NCBI GenBank assembly: GCA_000004985.1
Contig: GG738860.1
Reading direction: 5' to 3' (one strand)
From: Naegleria gruberi
Lineage: Eukaryota
Length of the DNA: 64,000 bases
The translations under genes were made by a program, and so were the position numbers. The notes under the pieces were generated by a model. It was not told where the DNA came from. It saw nothing but the letters and a program-made list of their open reading frames with translations, and searched no databases. Positions within the stretch are counted from its first letter, which is position 1, and each line of letters opens with the position of its first letter. Of the stretch, positions 45,315 to 56,132 are shown piece by piece.

Positions 45315-46288
45315 TTCTATTCAAAAAACAGAACAATTAACATCACACATTATAAAAACCTACTCAAAACATGTTCCGAAACTAAATCTTCATCAATAAA
45401 ACCGTTATTAAACTTCTTATTCTTTGATGAGATGGATCTTTGGAAAAAGGATGTATGGAGAGAAGCTTGCACAGATGATGAATTGCCACTTCTCATCAAC
45501 CCGACAATTTGTTTATTTGAATGGAGGTGTGTGGAGGCTTTGATAATTCTATTCATTTTTTTGAGTCAAGATGATGGAACTATTTGATGATCATTAAATA
45601 TTAAATTCATAAATATAATTGAAAATGTATTATTTGAGGGATATCTTGGATTTTAAATAAATTATTAATTGTATTAAATTATATATTTTAACAAGATTTA
45701 ATTTATTTAATATAAATTCGGGTGATGAAATAGAGTTTGCCAATTAGTATTTCAATCACAACGGAGGAAAGCAAATATGTGTGATGCAACGATTTGATTT
45801 GATTAAAACTATAAGCTGTAATTAAATTACAGTCACCCAGTAGTAATTAAATATTCGGCCTGAACGACTATTGAGGGTTTTACATCAGATGAAACAGTAC
45901 ATCAGATCGGATGTGTATTAAGAGGCATCACGATGTAAGATCATCAGCAATAACTGCCTTTCAATTGATAATAGTTAGTTTTAATGTTGGTTGGAGTTGA
46001 CAACAATCGAAATAGATTTGACGGTTTTACTAAGGTTATTATTAAATACCAAGACAATAACGAAAAAACCGTCAGCCATTAAAAACAAGCTTTATTACGG
46101 TTTGGATCGGTTGGAAGGGCAGCGTTGCCATGTTGAGCTTGTATTGACTTTATTGTAGTGAGGTCCGCTTTTTAAACAACAATCCACTCGACCCAACAAA
46201 AAACACAGAGGAAAAAAAAAGTGATTTCATCAAAGCACACCCCATCATCACGACACCTGTAAATAGCCGACCCTAATAGTTATCAAAT

Positions 46289-46813
46289 ATGCCATCACCT
46301 TCATCCCTTAAAATAATCATTGAGAATGAACAAGGACTTGTCAGTAGATGTATACAACAAGATAGCGACTCTGAAATAATGGAACACACCCTGAATACAG
46401 GTGCTATTTCTCCACATCCTTCCGAATCAAAGTGTAGTGTTGAGAAGGATGAGAAGTTATCCTTACTATTCTCTAGACTCGGTTTGAAGAACAACTCTCC
46501 TTCTCCAATTATTGAAAGATCACCAACATCCTTTCAAACCATATCAACAGATCATTCAAACCATAACCTCCAAGTCAACTCTTCGTTCCCTTTATTATTA
46601 GCTCCTTCAAATAAGAATAGAAAAAGTAGAATGGTCTTTTCAACACCTTCAGAAGAGGGAGAATCAACTGTTAGGGAAATACTTTCAACCCTCTCATCTA
46701 GATTTCACTCAGCAATAGAATCAAAGTCTTCGAGTTGTATCACCAAACAGAAAAAGATGAAATCAAGCTCATCTTCATCACATAGATTTTGTAAATCTTT
46801 TGATTCTTGTTAG
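46289..46813 (+). CDS. Hypothetical Ser-rich small protein, 174 aa.
   Basis: ATG at 46289. Low complexity, so coding status is uncertain. Confidence 0.3.
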   Translation: MPSPSSLKIIIENEQGLVSRCIQQDSDSEIMEHTLNTGAISPHPSESKCSVEKDEKLSLLFSRLGLKNNSPSPIIERSPTSFQTISTDHSNHNLQVNSSFPLLLAPSNKNRKSRMVFSTPSEEGESTVREILSTLSSRFHSAIESKSSSCITKQKKMKSSSSSSHRFCKSFDSC

Positions 46814-47146
46814 AGAATCATGTAATCAGTGAGCTTTTACTATGCTTCTAAAGAGTCTTTTAACATTACCATTAACAAACTAAGTAATACTCTGAACTGT
46901 GGTTGTCTTTGATTCAGAATCTGAATAAACAACTAGGTTTCAACCGCTTTGTAAATTGATTTAACTCACTTTTAACATGTGCTTATTGACACTAATGGCT
47001 GGACTGTATTCTTGTTCACTCAAATAGAGATCTAACATTCCTTAATCACATTCTAATAAGAGCAAGCAGTCAACAGTCAAAGAAATGACGTATGAATAAA
47101 ATTCCTTGTCAAATCTCTTGTCATCAAAACTTTCAAGTTAAAAAAA

Positions 47147-49558
47147 ATGTCTTCATCAAACTGTTTCTTCCACATTTCCAATGTAAAGGCATCTTCAGAG
47201 AAGCCATTCGAAATCAAGGTCGACTCCACTATTGTCTTCTCCTCAACTGAAGATATTGATAAAAAGACAGTCACTCACGACATTCCCATTCCAAAATTTG
47301 CCTCTGTTCACAATGTCTACATGAACATCCTTGCTCCACTCAATGGATTAGATGAATTGGAAAGATACAATCTGTCCAACAAGGGAACTCACTTTATAAT
47401 TGATCCAACCAGATCTTCCAATCCAGTCAAGCAATGTTTCGATGAATCTGTAAGTTTCACTCACAACACACAAATATTTGATCATCATCTTTTTCCGGAC
47501 ATTTTACAAAATCAATTACTACTTCGATCATCAAATGGTTATCATCATTAAATATCATTATAACAACAATTTTAGGGTTCCACTCAATCACCAAGTTTGA
47601 ACACCACTAACACCTCTGGTTCAGCCTCTCCTCGCGCCTTGACTCCCACCAAAAAAACTACGGCCACTTCTACTTCGAGCATTCTCGGCGTGAAATCTAC
47701 AGTAAAATCAAGCCCTACTACTACAACTTCATCAACAGCCTCTTCCTCCTCTCAGGCAACTAATTCACCAAGACAACCAACAACTACCTCAAATATTAGA
47801 GTTCCTGTTTCAAGTGTTAAGCCAACAACTGAAAGTCAATCTACTAGTAGTACAACTCCAAGACAAACTGGTGATTTGAGCGGTAGAGGTGAAGTTAGTT
47901 TTGAAAGTGTTTTTGATGGTGTTGGAAATGCTGAAACAACCCTTACTTTCTGGTTGTATGGTGTTGAAGCATCTGTCAGATATCCATTCAGAATTTTGAT
48001 TGATGGTTTTTGTCTTTTCAGATGTGAACATGATGCTGAGAAAACTAAGGTTCAAATCAAGGTTAAGGAACCAAAATTCTCTCCAGAACACAAGATTAAT
48101 TTGAGTGTTGATATGCCTATGAAGACAGGTGTTACTAATCAAGATGTCAAGAGAATTGTTAACGAAAAGCGTTACAATTTGAGTGCATCTGGAAAATTCT
48201 TCCTGATTGATTTTGCAAAGAAGGAAGATTCAACACAATATGCTAAAGTTATTCAAAGCACAATTGAATCATTCAGTGGTTATGAGCAACCAGAACTTTA
48301 TGAAGAAAACAAATTTGAAAAGAGAAATGATGACTCTACACCAGCAGTTCAAACCACAATTTCATCTACTCCACTTGTTTTTGATGAATATCAAGTTGAT
48401 GCATCAAATTTAACTGCTGAACAAAGAGAAAAATTGTTAAAGGTTCAATCTTTAGAAGATAAGGGAATTTTGGATAAGGCTGAAGCAGATTTTGAAAGAA
48501 AGAATATTATTGGAGACAACAAACTTTTGTCATTCCCAAAGAAAACTCAAACTGTAGATGAAAAACAACCAGAAAAGCAACCAGAACCTGTAAAACAACC
48601 AGAACCAGAAATCCAAAAAGTTAAAACTCCAAGACAAGAAACATCCACTGTAAAACAACCAGAATTCATTGAACTCAAACTCTTCCTCTGTAACATTAAG
48701 GCCTCATCATCCCAACCATTCCAACTCATCTACAAACCTGAAAATGCTGTCATGATTTCACTAACTGAGGACGTTTCTCCTGAAAAGATTATTTGTGTGA
48801 AGGGTGAAATTCCATCTAATCCAAGTGGTGATACTATTGCTCCTCTTGTTATTGACATGCCAAAGGTTGGTGTCAAGCTTGAACACTCTTTGAACTTGAA
48901 GAATGGTAGATTTGCTATGATTGGTGTCAGTGACAATACCGCTGGTAAGGTCGTTTGTAGACAACAAAATGATGAAAACTTTGAAGGTTTCATTCAAGAT
49001 TCTGGACCAAAGGAAGAACCATCCAAGATTTTGGTTCACTTCTCTGGAATTCCAGCCAGCACCGAACAGCCATTCTTAATTTACATCAATGACAAGCAAG
49101 CTTACAAACGTGAAGAACCATTAAAGAAGAGACAAAAGGGATGCATCAATGGAGACATTCCAAAGAATAAGCGTATTAATCCTGACAGTGAGGCAAACCA
49201 CGTCGTTTCAGTTAAGGTTGAAGCACCAATGGTTTCACCAAATGCTAAGGTTGTAGCTGTTGATTTGACAAATAACGGAACTCATGTTTTTGTATCATGC
49301 AACCAAGAAACAAATGAAATTATTATCAAGCAAGGACATGAAGAAAACTCCAAGGAAGAAGATTTGAGAGTTTGTGAAGAAGTTGGAGCAAACAAGTCTA
49401 TCAGCTCAGCACCTCAAACAGAACAACCATCAGCAGGAAAGAAGCTCACAGAGCAAGATATTGAACTCTTGAAGAAATTGGCTGATTTGAAGAATGCTGG
49501 TATTTTAACAGAAACTGAATATGAATTGAAGAAGAAGGATATTTTGTTTGGTAATTAA
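47147..49558 (+). CDS. Thr/Ser/Pro-rich protein, 761 aa, 2 exons, with two SHOCT-like motifs.
   Basis: Exons 47147..47449 and 47576..49558. Donor GTAAGT. 126-nt intron ending TTTTAG. The 5' half is mucin-like (TSGSASPRALTPTKKTTATSTSS...). Motifs REKLLKVQSLEDKGILDKAEADFERKNII and C-terminal IELLKKLADLKNAGILTETEYELKKKDILFGN resemble the bacterial SHOCT short oligomerisation motif. Confidence 0.5.
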
Positions 49559-50009
49559 CCAAATATGTGTTTCAACTTTTGATGAGGAATCTTTCAATAA
49601 AAACAATATCAAGCCTAATTTCTACCAAATATCTCCTCATGTTACCTCCTTCATCTAATAACGTTGCAGTTCATAAAGATTACGTTGAAACAACAGATTC
49701 GATAGAGTTTCATTTGACGAATCTTAAGAGAGACCTCACTCAACAAGGAATCTCATAAAGCAGCCTTAAGTGTTTGCTGCTTACTTCCAATGTTTACTCA
49801 ACAATAAAAAAACAACACAACAACAAATGCAATCCTTAGGTTCTCTTAATGATGTCTACAAAATGACTAAACATGAACGATTTTCTCAACGTAGCCTAGA
49901 AAAAATGATGGAAGATGGCAAACTCTACAACATAAAAAAGGCTGTCTAAAGAATAAAAGATGATGAAGATTATGGTTACATTTCACAAGAAAACCAACCA
50001 CCACAACAG

Positions 50010-50651
50010 ATGCAAAAACAAATCACTACAACAGACGCCCAAATCCTTAATCTTTTATTTTCTTTGAAGAATGATATGGCCAATATTAAACAAGACAATA
50101 ACAAGTTGAAAGAAGATAACAAGAAATTGAAAGAAGATAACAAGAAACTCATCACAAGAGTTGAGGTTTTAGAAAAAGATAGCAAGAAGTTGAAAGAAGA
50201 TAACACGAAGTTGAAAGAGGTTAACAAGAAACTCATCACAAGAGTAGAGGAATTAGAAAAAGATCACAAAAAGTTGAAAGAAGAAAACAAGAAACTCTTC
50301 ACAAGAGTAGAGGAATTAGAAAAAAAGGACTTGTTGAAAGTAAGAGCAAATACTTTGAAGGAGTTGTTCAGATACTTGGCAACCAAAGTTGCATCTCTGG
50401 TTTCTCCAATAGTTGATGCCACAAAACCAAACTGGTTTAATGTAATGCAATCTTATTGTAGTTCCAACATTGTTATTGAACTCCCTATCAGCCTATCTGC
50501 ACTTCAAGAGTTATGGAGCACTTACAAGATCTTAAGGTTTCCTAGAAATTACATTTGTCAAAAGCAGCTAGATGATAATTTGGCCCTTGTTTCTGGTGAT
50601 GAAAAGAAAGCCGTTCAATGGTATTTGGATCAGACTCAAAACAATCACTAA
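50010..50651 (+). CDS. Hypothetical coiled-coil protein with repeated KKLKEDNKKL/ITRVEELEKD units.
   Basis: ATG at 50010. Five tandem repeats of an approximately 21-aa unit (DNKKLKEDNKKLITRVEVLEK...). Confidence 0.45.
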   Translation: MQKQITTTDAQILNLLFSLKNDMANIKQDNNKLKEDNKKLKEDNKKLITRVEVLEKDSKKLKEDNTKLKEVNKKLITRVEELEKDHKKLKEENKKLFTRVEELEKKDLLKVRANTLKELFRYLATKVASLVSPIVDATKPNWFNVMQSYCSSNIVIELPISLSALQELWSTYKILRFPRNYICQKQLDDNLALVSGDEKKAVQWYLDQTQNNH

Positions 50652-50676
50652 CTTTATTGCAATTTTGAATAAAACA

Positions 50677-51892
50677 CTAATAATAATATTGCTCATATTT
50701 TCTTCTGGTGAGAGAATAGATTCCACATTCATCATATTCATCCTGTGTTATCCAAACACTATCAAATGAACTCAAACTTGTCAAAATTGATCCACCAATA
50801 AATGGACAATTATATCTGTACTCAGTGTCACAGGTCTTTATGCCAATATTGAATGAATCTTTAGTGAGAGCTTTCAATTCATCCTCTATTCTTTCTTTAA
50901 ATCCAAAGAATTGACTAGTTCCTCCTGAAATAATAATATTAGAAAAGAGATTTTCTCTTGCATCTTGATCACACGCCAAAATTGCTTTGTGAATTAACTT
51001 GTCAATTCCATCACATTCTCTTCCAATCTTGTTTGGTTGAAATAATATTTCTGGTGCTATAAATCGTTCCATATCCACAACGATTTGATTTCCATCAGGT
51101 AACGTATAATTCATTGAAAATTCATTCTTGTCAATTGTAAAATCTCTCGGTCTCAGAACTCCTTCCATTAATTCCTTGTAATTATCAGCCACAAAACAAC
51201 ATTGCTCCTTCATTACTCTCAAATGTTCCAAATCACTCGATGATTCAGAGTAAAATCCCTTCTCAGACATTAAAACTTTTTGTAATTGTTTTGTAACATC
51301 ATCTCCTCCTAAATGAACCCTCTGAACTGCATTATAAAACGTATAGCCATTATAAATAGGTGTCACTGTTGTCACTTGATGACCAACATCCACAGCAACT
51401 CCTGTATAACTTCCACAACTGGAAGCAATTTTTAATTCACACTCAATTCATCCAAAATTTCCTAACCTACCTATACAAAATCAATCCACCAGAATTCTTT
51501 ACATAAAACTTTGGCACATGAAATGTCTCGAACATGATTCTCATCATTTGTTCGGAATTAAATTTCGGAGAAAGTGCTTGCTCGATCATTAGCACTGGAT
51601 GTTCAGAGGGATTAATCCTCAATTCATCCATCATTAGATAGGACCATACCCTCTCTAGATAATCCCAATTCTGTCCCACTCCATTCCTAATACATGGAGC
51701 AAGATTTAGAAAACATTGATTTTCGTGAGAAATTTGATTTCCCATGTAAAATTCTCTCGACTCGGCTCCGAACATTTCTGGTTTGATTTTCTGTTTGCCG
51801 ACCATTGAAGAAATGACAATGGATGGCTTTTCATCACTGGAAAATCCTGATTTGATAAGAGAGCTGCCGTTATCAATAATAATTGCTGTCAT
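50677..51892 (-). CDS. Divergent actin-related protein (Arp), 2 exons: 51471..51892 and 50677..51418.
   Basis: ATG at 51892 (MTAIIIDNGSSLIKSGF is the actin phosphate-1 loop). Exon 1 ends GGLILY with donor GTAGGT. 52-nt intron 51419..51470. Exon 2 SCGSYTGVAVDVGHQVTTVTPIYNGY parallels actin [25 protein letters not shown]. C-terminus WITQDEYDE parallels actin WISKQEYDE. 1164 nt, 387 aa. Confidence 0.7.
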
Positions 51893-51997
51893 TTTTTTTT
51901 GTAAAGTTTTTAAAAGATTTGATTGGATGTGAATGAGAATGAGGTGGTGAATAATATTATTGAGAAAATGGAGGAGATTTTAATGGAAATGGGTTGG

Positions 51998-53344
51998 TTA
52001 GTTGAAAGAAAGTGGTAGAAGGTCAGTATTTTCATAAATTTCGAATTGGATTTGAATTCTGCCAAGTGCGCTTTCTCTAATGACGAGAAGGGATTGTTCA
52101 TCGAGTGTCATTAAGGTTTGATTGGTTGAATCTATGAATGATATGTTGGAAATAACACAATTAGTTGGGAGATTCCACTGTTCCTTAATTTTTTGTTTGA
52201 AAATTGACATTGACATGAGCTCTTCTTTGGTAAACCCAAATAATCTTTGTTGGTTGTGAAAGTTTAGTTGGATTGGAATGATTTGAGGTCGATTCATTGG
52301 TGGTTGAGGCGTATGAATGATTGGATTCGGATAGGCCAGTTGTTGGTTTGGAATCATTGGACGAATATTGTTATTCGGAAGTTGTTGAGCCAATCCATTA
52401 AAAAGAAATGGAAAGTGAATGTTTGGAAGTTGAACATTCACCCAAGTAAATCCAGTAAATCCATTTCCATTTGAATTCATTGAGAAATGATTAATAGACG
52501 CATTATTGAATTGTTGTAAATGTGGTTGACCAATTAGGGATTGATTTTGGGGATGTCGCACCACTTGACCATTATTAAGCGGTACATGATTCATCACTCT
52601 TTCATTTTGATTACCATTTCTTATAGGATTCATGTTTGCTTGCTGATTAGTTCTAATAACATTTTCATTCTGTGGTTGATTTCTTGGTGGAGTATTATTC
52701 TGTCGTATCTGTCGTGGTGGAGTTACATTCATCCTATTTCGTGGTGGACTATTAGTCTGTATCTGTCGTGGCTGTTGTGGTGCTTGTTGTTGTACATTTT
52801 GATTCCAACCTTCTTGTTGACCTATTGGTGGTTGTTGTTGACCATTCATTTGAGCCTCCTCATTTTCAGAGCCATTCTCTTGTCCATTTTCAATTCCAAA
52901 TCTTTCCTGTAACTCCCTCGCTTTTCTGTTAATTTTCAAATAGAAATTCTCCATCAAGTATGGAACATAATGTTGCCTGCAATGTTTCCAACTTTTTTCC
53001 TGAATATTTTCAATGAACTTCAACAGCAAATTATCAATGAATGGAATGAGCTTGTTCTCGGTAATTAAACGAGGAAGAGAAGGTTCTGAGAAGACTCTAC
53101 GATTCTCCTCAGCAATGAAACATTTTACAATGTGAATTTTCTGGTACAGAGTAATGCGATGGTCGCAGTGGGTATCGTTATAGTGACAGGATGGACATCG
53201 GCTCGAGGAGAGATGAGGTAGGTTGGCTGGTGTGATGTACTCCTCATCTATGCTGTTACTACTTTCCGTATCACTTTCATCATCAATAATAACAGGTTCG
53301 GCAAATGACATTTTTTTTGACGTTTGAAAACTCGAATTTCCCAT
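51998..53344 (-). CDS. Paralog A of an unrecognised family. N-terminal CxxC-x6-CxH zinc-knuckle-like motif with an ENxRI block, a Q/N/P-rich middle and a conserved C-terminal domain of about 80 aa.
   Basis: ATG at 53344; the ORF-track start 53368 is TTG. N-terminus SSSRCPSCHYNDTHCDHRITLYQK...FIAEENRRVFSEPSLP. C-terminus FTKEELMSMSIFKQKIKEQW...LGRIQIQFEIY. Confidence 0.5.
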   Translation of the reverse strand: MGNSSFQTSKKMSFAEPVIIDDESDTESSNSIDEEYITPANLPHLSSSRCPSCHYNDTHCDHRITLYQKIHIVKCFIAEENRRVFSEPSLPRLITENKLIPFIDNLLLKFIENIQEKSWKHCRQHYVPYLMENFYLKINRKARELQERFGIENGQENGSENEEAQMNGQQQPPIGQQEGWNQNVQQQAPQQPRQIQTNSPPRNRMNVTPPRQIRQNNTPPRNQPQNENVIRTNQQANMNPIRNGNQNERVMNHVPLNNGQVVRHPQNQSLIGQPHLQQFNNASINHFSMNSNGNGFTGFTWVNVQLPNIHFPFLFNGLAQQLPNNNIRPMIPNQQLAYPNPIIHTPQPPMNRPQIIPIQLNFHNQQRLFGFTKEELMSMSIFKQKIKEQWNLPTNCVISNISFIDSTNQTLMTLDEQSLLVIRESALGRIQIQFEIYENTDLLPLSFN

Positions 53345-53398
53345 CGTAATTCCAACTTGAAGAACCAAATCAAATACATTGATTTATATTGAGTAAAT

Positions 53399-54520
53399 TT
53401 ACATATAAATATGATGATTAGTAACAGGCAACTCATCCTTTTGAATTCCATCAACTTTGAAAATCAAACAAATGTCATCTTTGAACCATTCATCTCTGGC
53501 AATTGCTAATGCTTTCTTATTGGCCAAGCAGAAATCTCTAGTCTTTGGATTGAGGATTAGAATTTCAGAGATGGTAAAATTATTAGAAACTGGCAACTCT
53601 TGCTTCAAGGCAATTACAAAATCTCTAACACTATCCAAATCAGATTTTGTCAATTTTGCAATGTAATTAACTTGTTTCAACTCAATTTGAACAAGTTTTT
53701 GATCTTCATTTGCTGATCTGACAGATCTTGTGGAGAAGGCGTCAGGAAGCTCAGATTCTGCAATCATTGAACCAATTTGATTACCATGATTTGGGACATT
53801 GACATTTGGCATAACTGGAGCATTTTGGGTTGGGTTGGAATCGTGAGGTTGGAGAATTACAACTTCATCTTCATCTTCCTCTTCAATGATGATTGGAGTT
53901 TCAAAAGTATTTCTTTGAACAGTTCCAAAAAAGGAAGCACATTCGAAATATTGTTGTTGATGAACAATAGAAGCATTGGAAGAATTCATTCGATGTGGAG
54001 GTTTAGTAATCTTGGATGGACTAACCTTCTCCTCCTTCGCTTGTTGTTGATGATTTGACTGATGACTTTGATGGTTGGCCATCACAGAACCATTGGTTGA
54101 AAAGCTTCCAAACAAATCGACAAGTGTTGGAGCATAGAATGTTGGTTTTACCTCCGCAGCACCATGAATAACACGATGAAAATCATCTGGCAATTCTGCT
54201 GTGAATCCATTCTTTGCAAAACGATGAAGTTTCTCATAGAATTCACCCAGTTTCATCTTGTATTCTGCTCTTTTTCTTGAATAATTACGATCTTCGAGAT
54301 GATGAGCAAACTCTTGAACACTAGCAAGAATGAAATCATCAAAAATTTCTCTCTTATTGGCTGGAACAGGAATGTCAGCAATATTTCGATTCTCCTCTGC
54401 ACAAAACATGCGAGGAAGACAACACTTTTGATGGAGAGAAATGCCATGAGTGCACACGATGCCATTGCGTTGACAGATTGGGCACCTGTTGGAATCTGTC
54501 TTTTTTACTCCACTGGACAT
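53399..54520 (-). CDS. Paralog B of the same family.
   Basis: ATG at 54520; the ORF-track start 54589 is TTG. N-terminus DSNRCPICQRNGIVCTHGISLHQK...FCAEENRNIADIPVP. C-terminus KLTKSDLDSVRDFVIALKQEL...ICLIFKVDGIQ. Confidence 0.5.
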   Translation of the reverse strand: MSSGVKKTDSNRCPICQRNGIVCTHGISLHQKCCLPRMFCAEENRNIADIPVPANKREIFDDFILASVQEFAHHLEDRNYSRKRAEYKMKLGEFYEKLHRFAKNGFTAELPDDFHRVIHGAAEVKPTFYAPTLVDLFGSFSTNGSVMANHQSHQSNHQQQAKEEKVSPSKITKPPHRMNSSNASIVHQQQYFECASFFGTVQRNTFETPIIIEEEDEDEVVILQPHDSNPTQNAPVMPNVNVPNHGNQIGSMIAESELPDAFSTRSVRSANEDQKLVQIELKQVNYIAKLTKSDLDSVRDFVIALKQELPVSNNFTISEILILNPKTRDFCLANKKALAIARDEWFKDDICLIFKVDGIQKDELPVTNHHIYM

Positions 54521-54725
54521 AAATATTTTTTTTAATTTAAATTTTTGACCAGATTTATTAAAAAACAAACTTTCTTGTTTTATGGACAACTACGAGTAGC
54601 GAAGCTATAAAGGTTCCTCTGGATAGAATTGGATTTTGTTTATTCTTGTAGGTTTGAATTGGGAATATTTCTAATAGTGTTCTTATTGTTAGAAATCTTT
54701 CGAATAGTATTTCGTTTTCGAAAGA

Positions 54726-55574
54726 TTATTCGGCTTCAACTTTAATTTCCATACATTTAACCTTTCCAAAGAAATCTTCTCTAAATGGCTTTAATGTTTC
54801 TGATCCATAAACTGAACATAACTTGTCGGTATATGCATTCTTAATTCTAATTCTTGTAAATTTTGCATTTTCGTCCAACAATAGATGACGTTTCATGGCA
54901 ATCATCAAATTTTGTAAACTGGCAAAGTCTGTTTCAGTCATCTTTACCAGATTTCTTCTTCCTTGATTTGTTAATGATATTTGGCATGATTGTTCAATTG
55001 GTTTTTTGACTGGTGACGCTTTTTTGATTAATGAATTAGTGACAGTTTTGTGTTGCTTTGAAATTCCATTGCTTGTTGGTCCAGTGACATCTGGTCTGAT
55101 GTTTGGATTTACTGGATTGAGAGGAATTCTTGAAGTATATGATGTGCCAGATGTTGAAGTTCTTCTTTGATCATTGACAGGTTGACCTCTTCCTTGATTT
55201 GTGTTAGCATCAGAAATAACATTCATTTTCTTGGCCTTTACCATTACTACATTATAAAACTCATCGATCAACCTTTTCTTGTAAAGATCTTTAGCTCCAG
55301 AATAATCTCTGTTTCCAACTCTTCTTGTAAAGTTTTCCAATTGTTGGATGATGAATTCATCGAATTCTGCTGAACGATCGGTAGGGATGGGATGAGAGTA
55401 GATTCTGGCATTCTCTGAAGCTATGAGTGGAGATGGTAGGTTGGTTCTTTCAGAGAGTGCTTTGGTGTGTGGACAAGTGACGTTCTTTTTGTGACAGACA
55501 GGACAACGGTTGGATTTGAGAGTCAATTTGGCAAAGTGTTCATCTTTGATAAGAGGAAGATTTGCTTGTTGCAT
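54726..55574 (-). CDS. Paralog C of the same family (shortest, 282 aa).
   Basis: ATG at 55574; the ORF-track start 55619 is TTG. N-terminus KSNRCPVCHKKNVTCPHTKALSER...LIASENARIYSHPIP. C-terminus KMTETDFASLQNLMIAMKRHL...VKCMEIKVEAE. Confidence 0.5.
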   Translation of the reverse strand: MQQANLPLIKDEHFAKLTLKSNRCPVCHKKNVTCPHTKALSERTNLPSPLIASENARIYSHPIPTDRSAEFDEFIIQQLENFTRRVGNRDYSGAKDLYKKRLIDEFYNVVMVKAKKMNVISDANTNQGRGQPVNDQRRTSTSGTSYTSRIPLNPVNPNIRPDVTGPTSNGISKQHKTVTNSLIKKASPVKKPIEQSCQISLTNQGRRNLVKMTETDFASLQNLMIAMKRHLLLDENAKFTRIRIKNAYTDKLCSVYGSETLKPFREDFFGKVKCMEIKVEAE

Positions 55575-56132
55575 TTTTTTATTGTTGAATTCTTTGTTAT
55601 CGAGTGCGAGAGCAAACAAGAATTGCTGTCATGGGAAATTTGACATGTTGACAGCGGCAAACTTTCTTGTTCTTTCAAATTTAGAGAATTGAACACAAAT
55701 GCATCACTAACCATGTCCACCAAGTATTTTTGTTTTCTAATAGTTTTGTATTGTTGTTTCAAATTGTTAAGAAGTGACAGTTGTAACGTAAATGTGTGAA
55801 ATAAAAACTTACCTTTTTCGACTTGAATTGTTGGAGCAATGTAACTCAAATCGTTGATTGCAGATACAGGTAATTAGAGAGTAAGATGTTTCTAATGGGG
55901 AATTATTTCAACCATTGCAGGTTCACGTACAAATGGTAACAAAAAGTTTGCAACCCTCGAGTGTTTTGGGAGGGTTAATTCGAAATCCAATTACAATCAA
56001 AAGATTTTTTCAAAGATGTCATTCTAACAACAACAAATTCCAGATTGAACCTCAACAAGAAATTCAAAATCAAGAAAAACATTAAAAACAAGCGAAAATT
56101 GGAGAATTTTTAAAACCAACAACCAAAAAAAA

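Noticed and set aside
52541-52912. 123-aa plus-strand ORF rich in W/L/I antisense to paralog A
   Set aside because: It is the antisense reading of the Q/N/P-rich low-complexity region (CAA/CCA repeats read as TGG/TTG). Composition is implausible for a protein.
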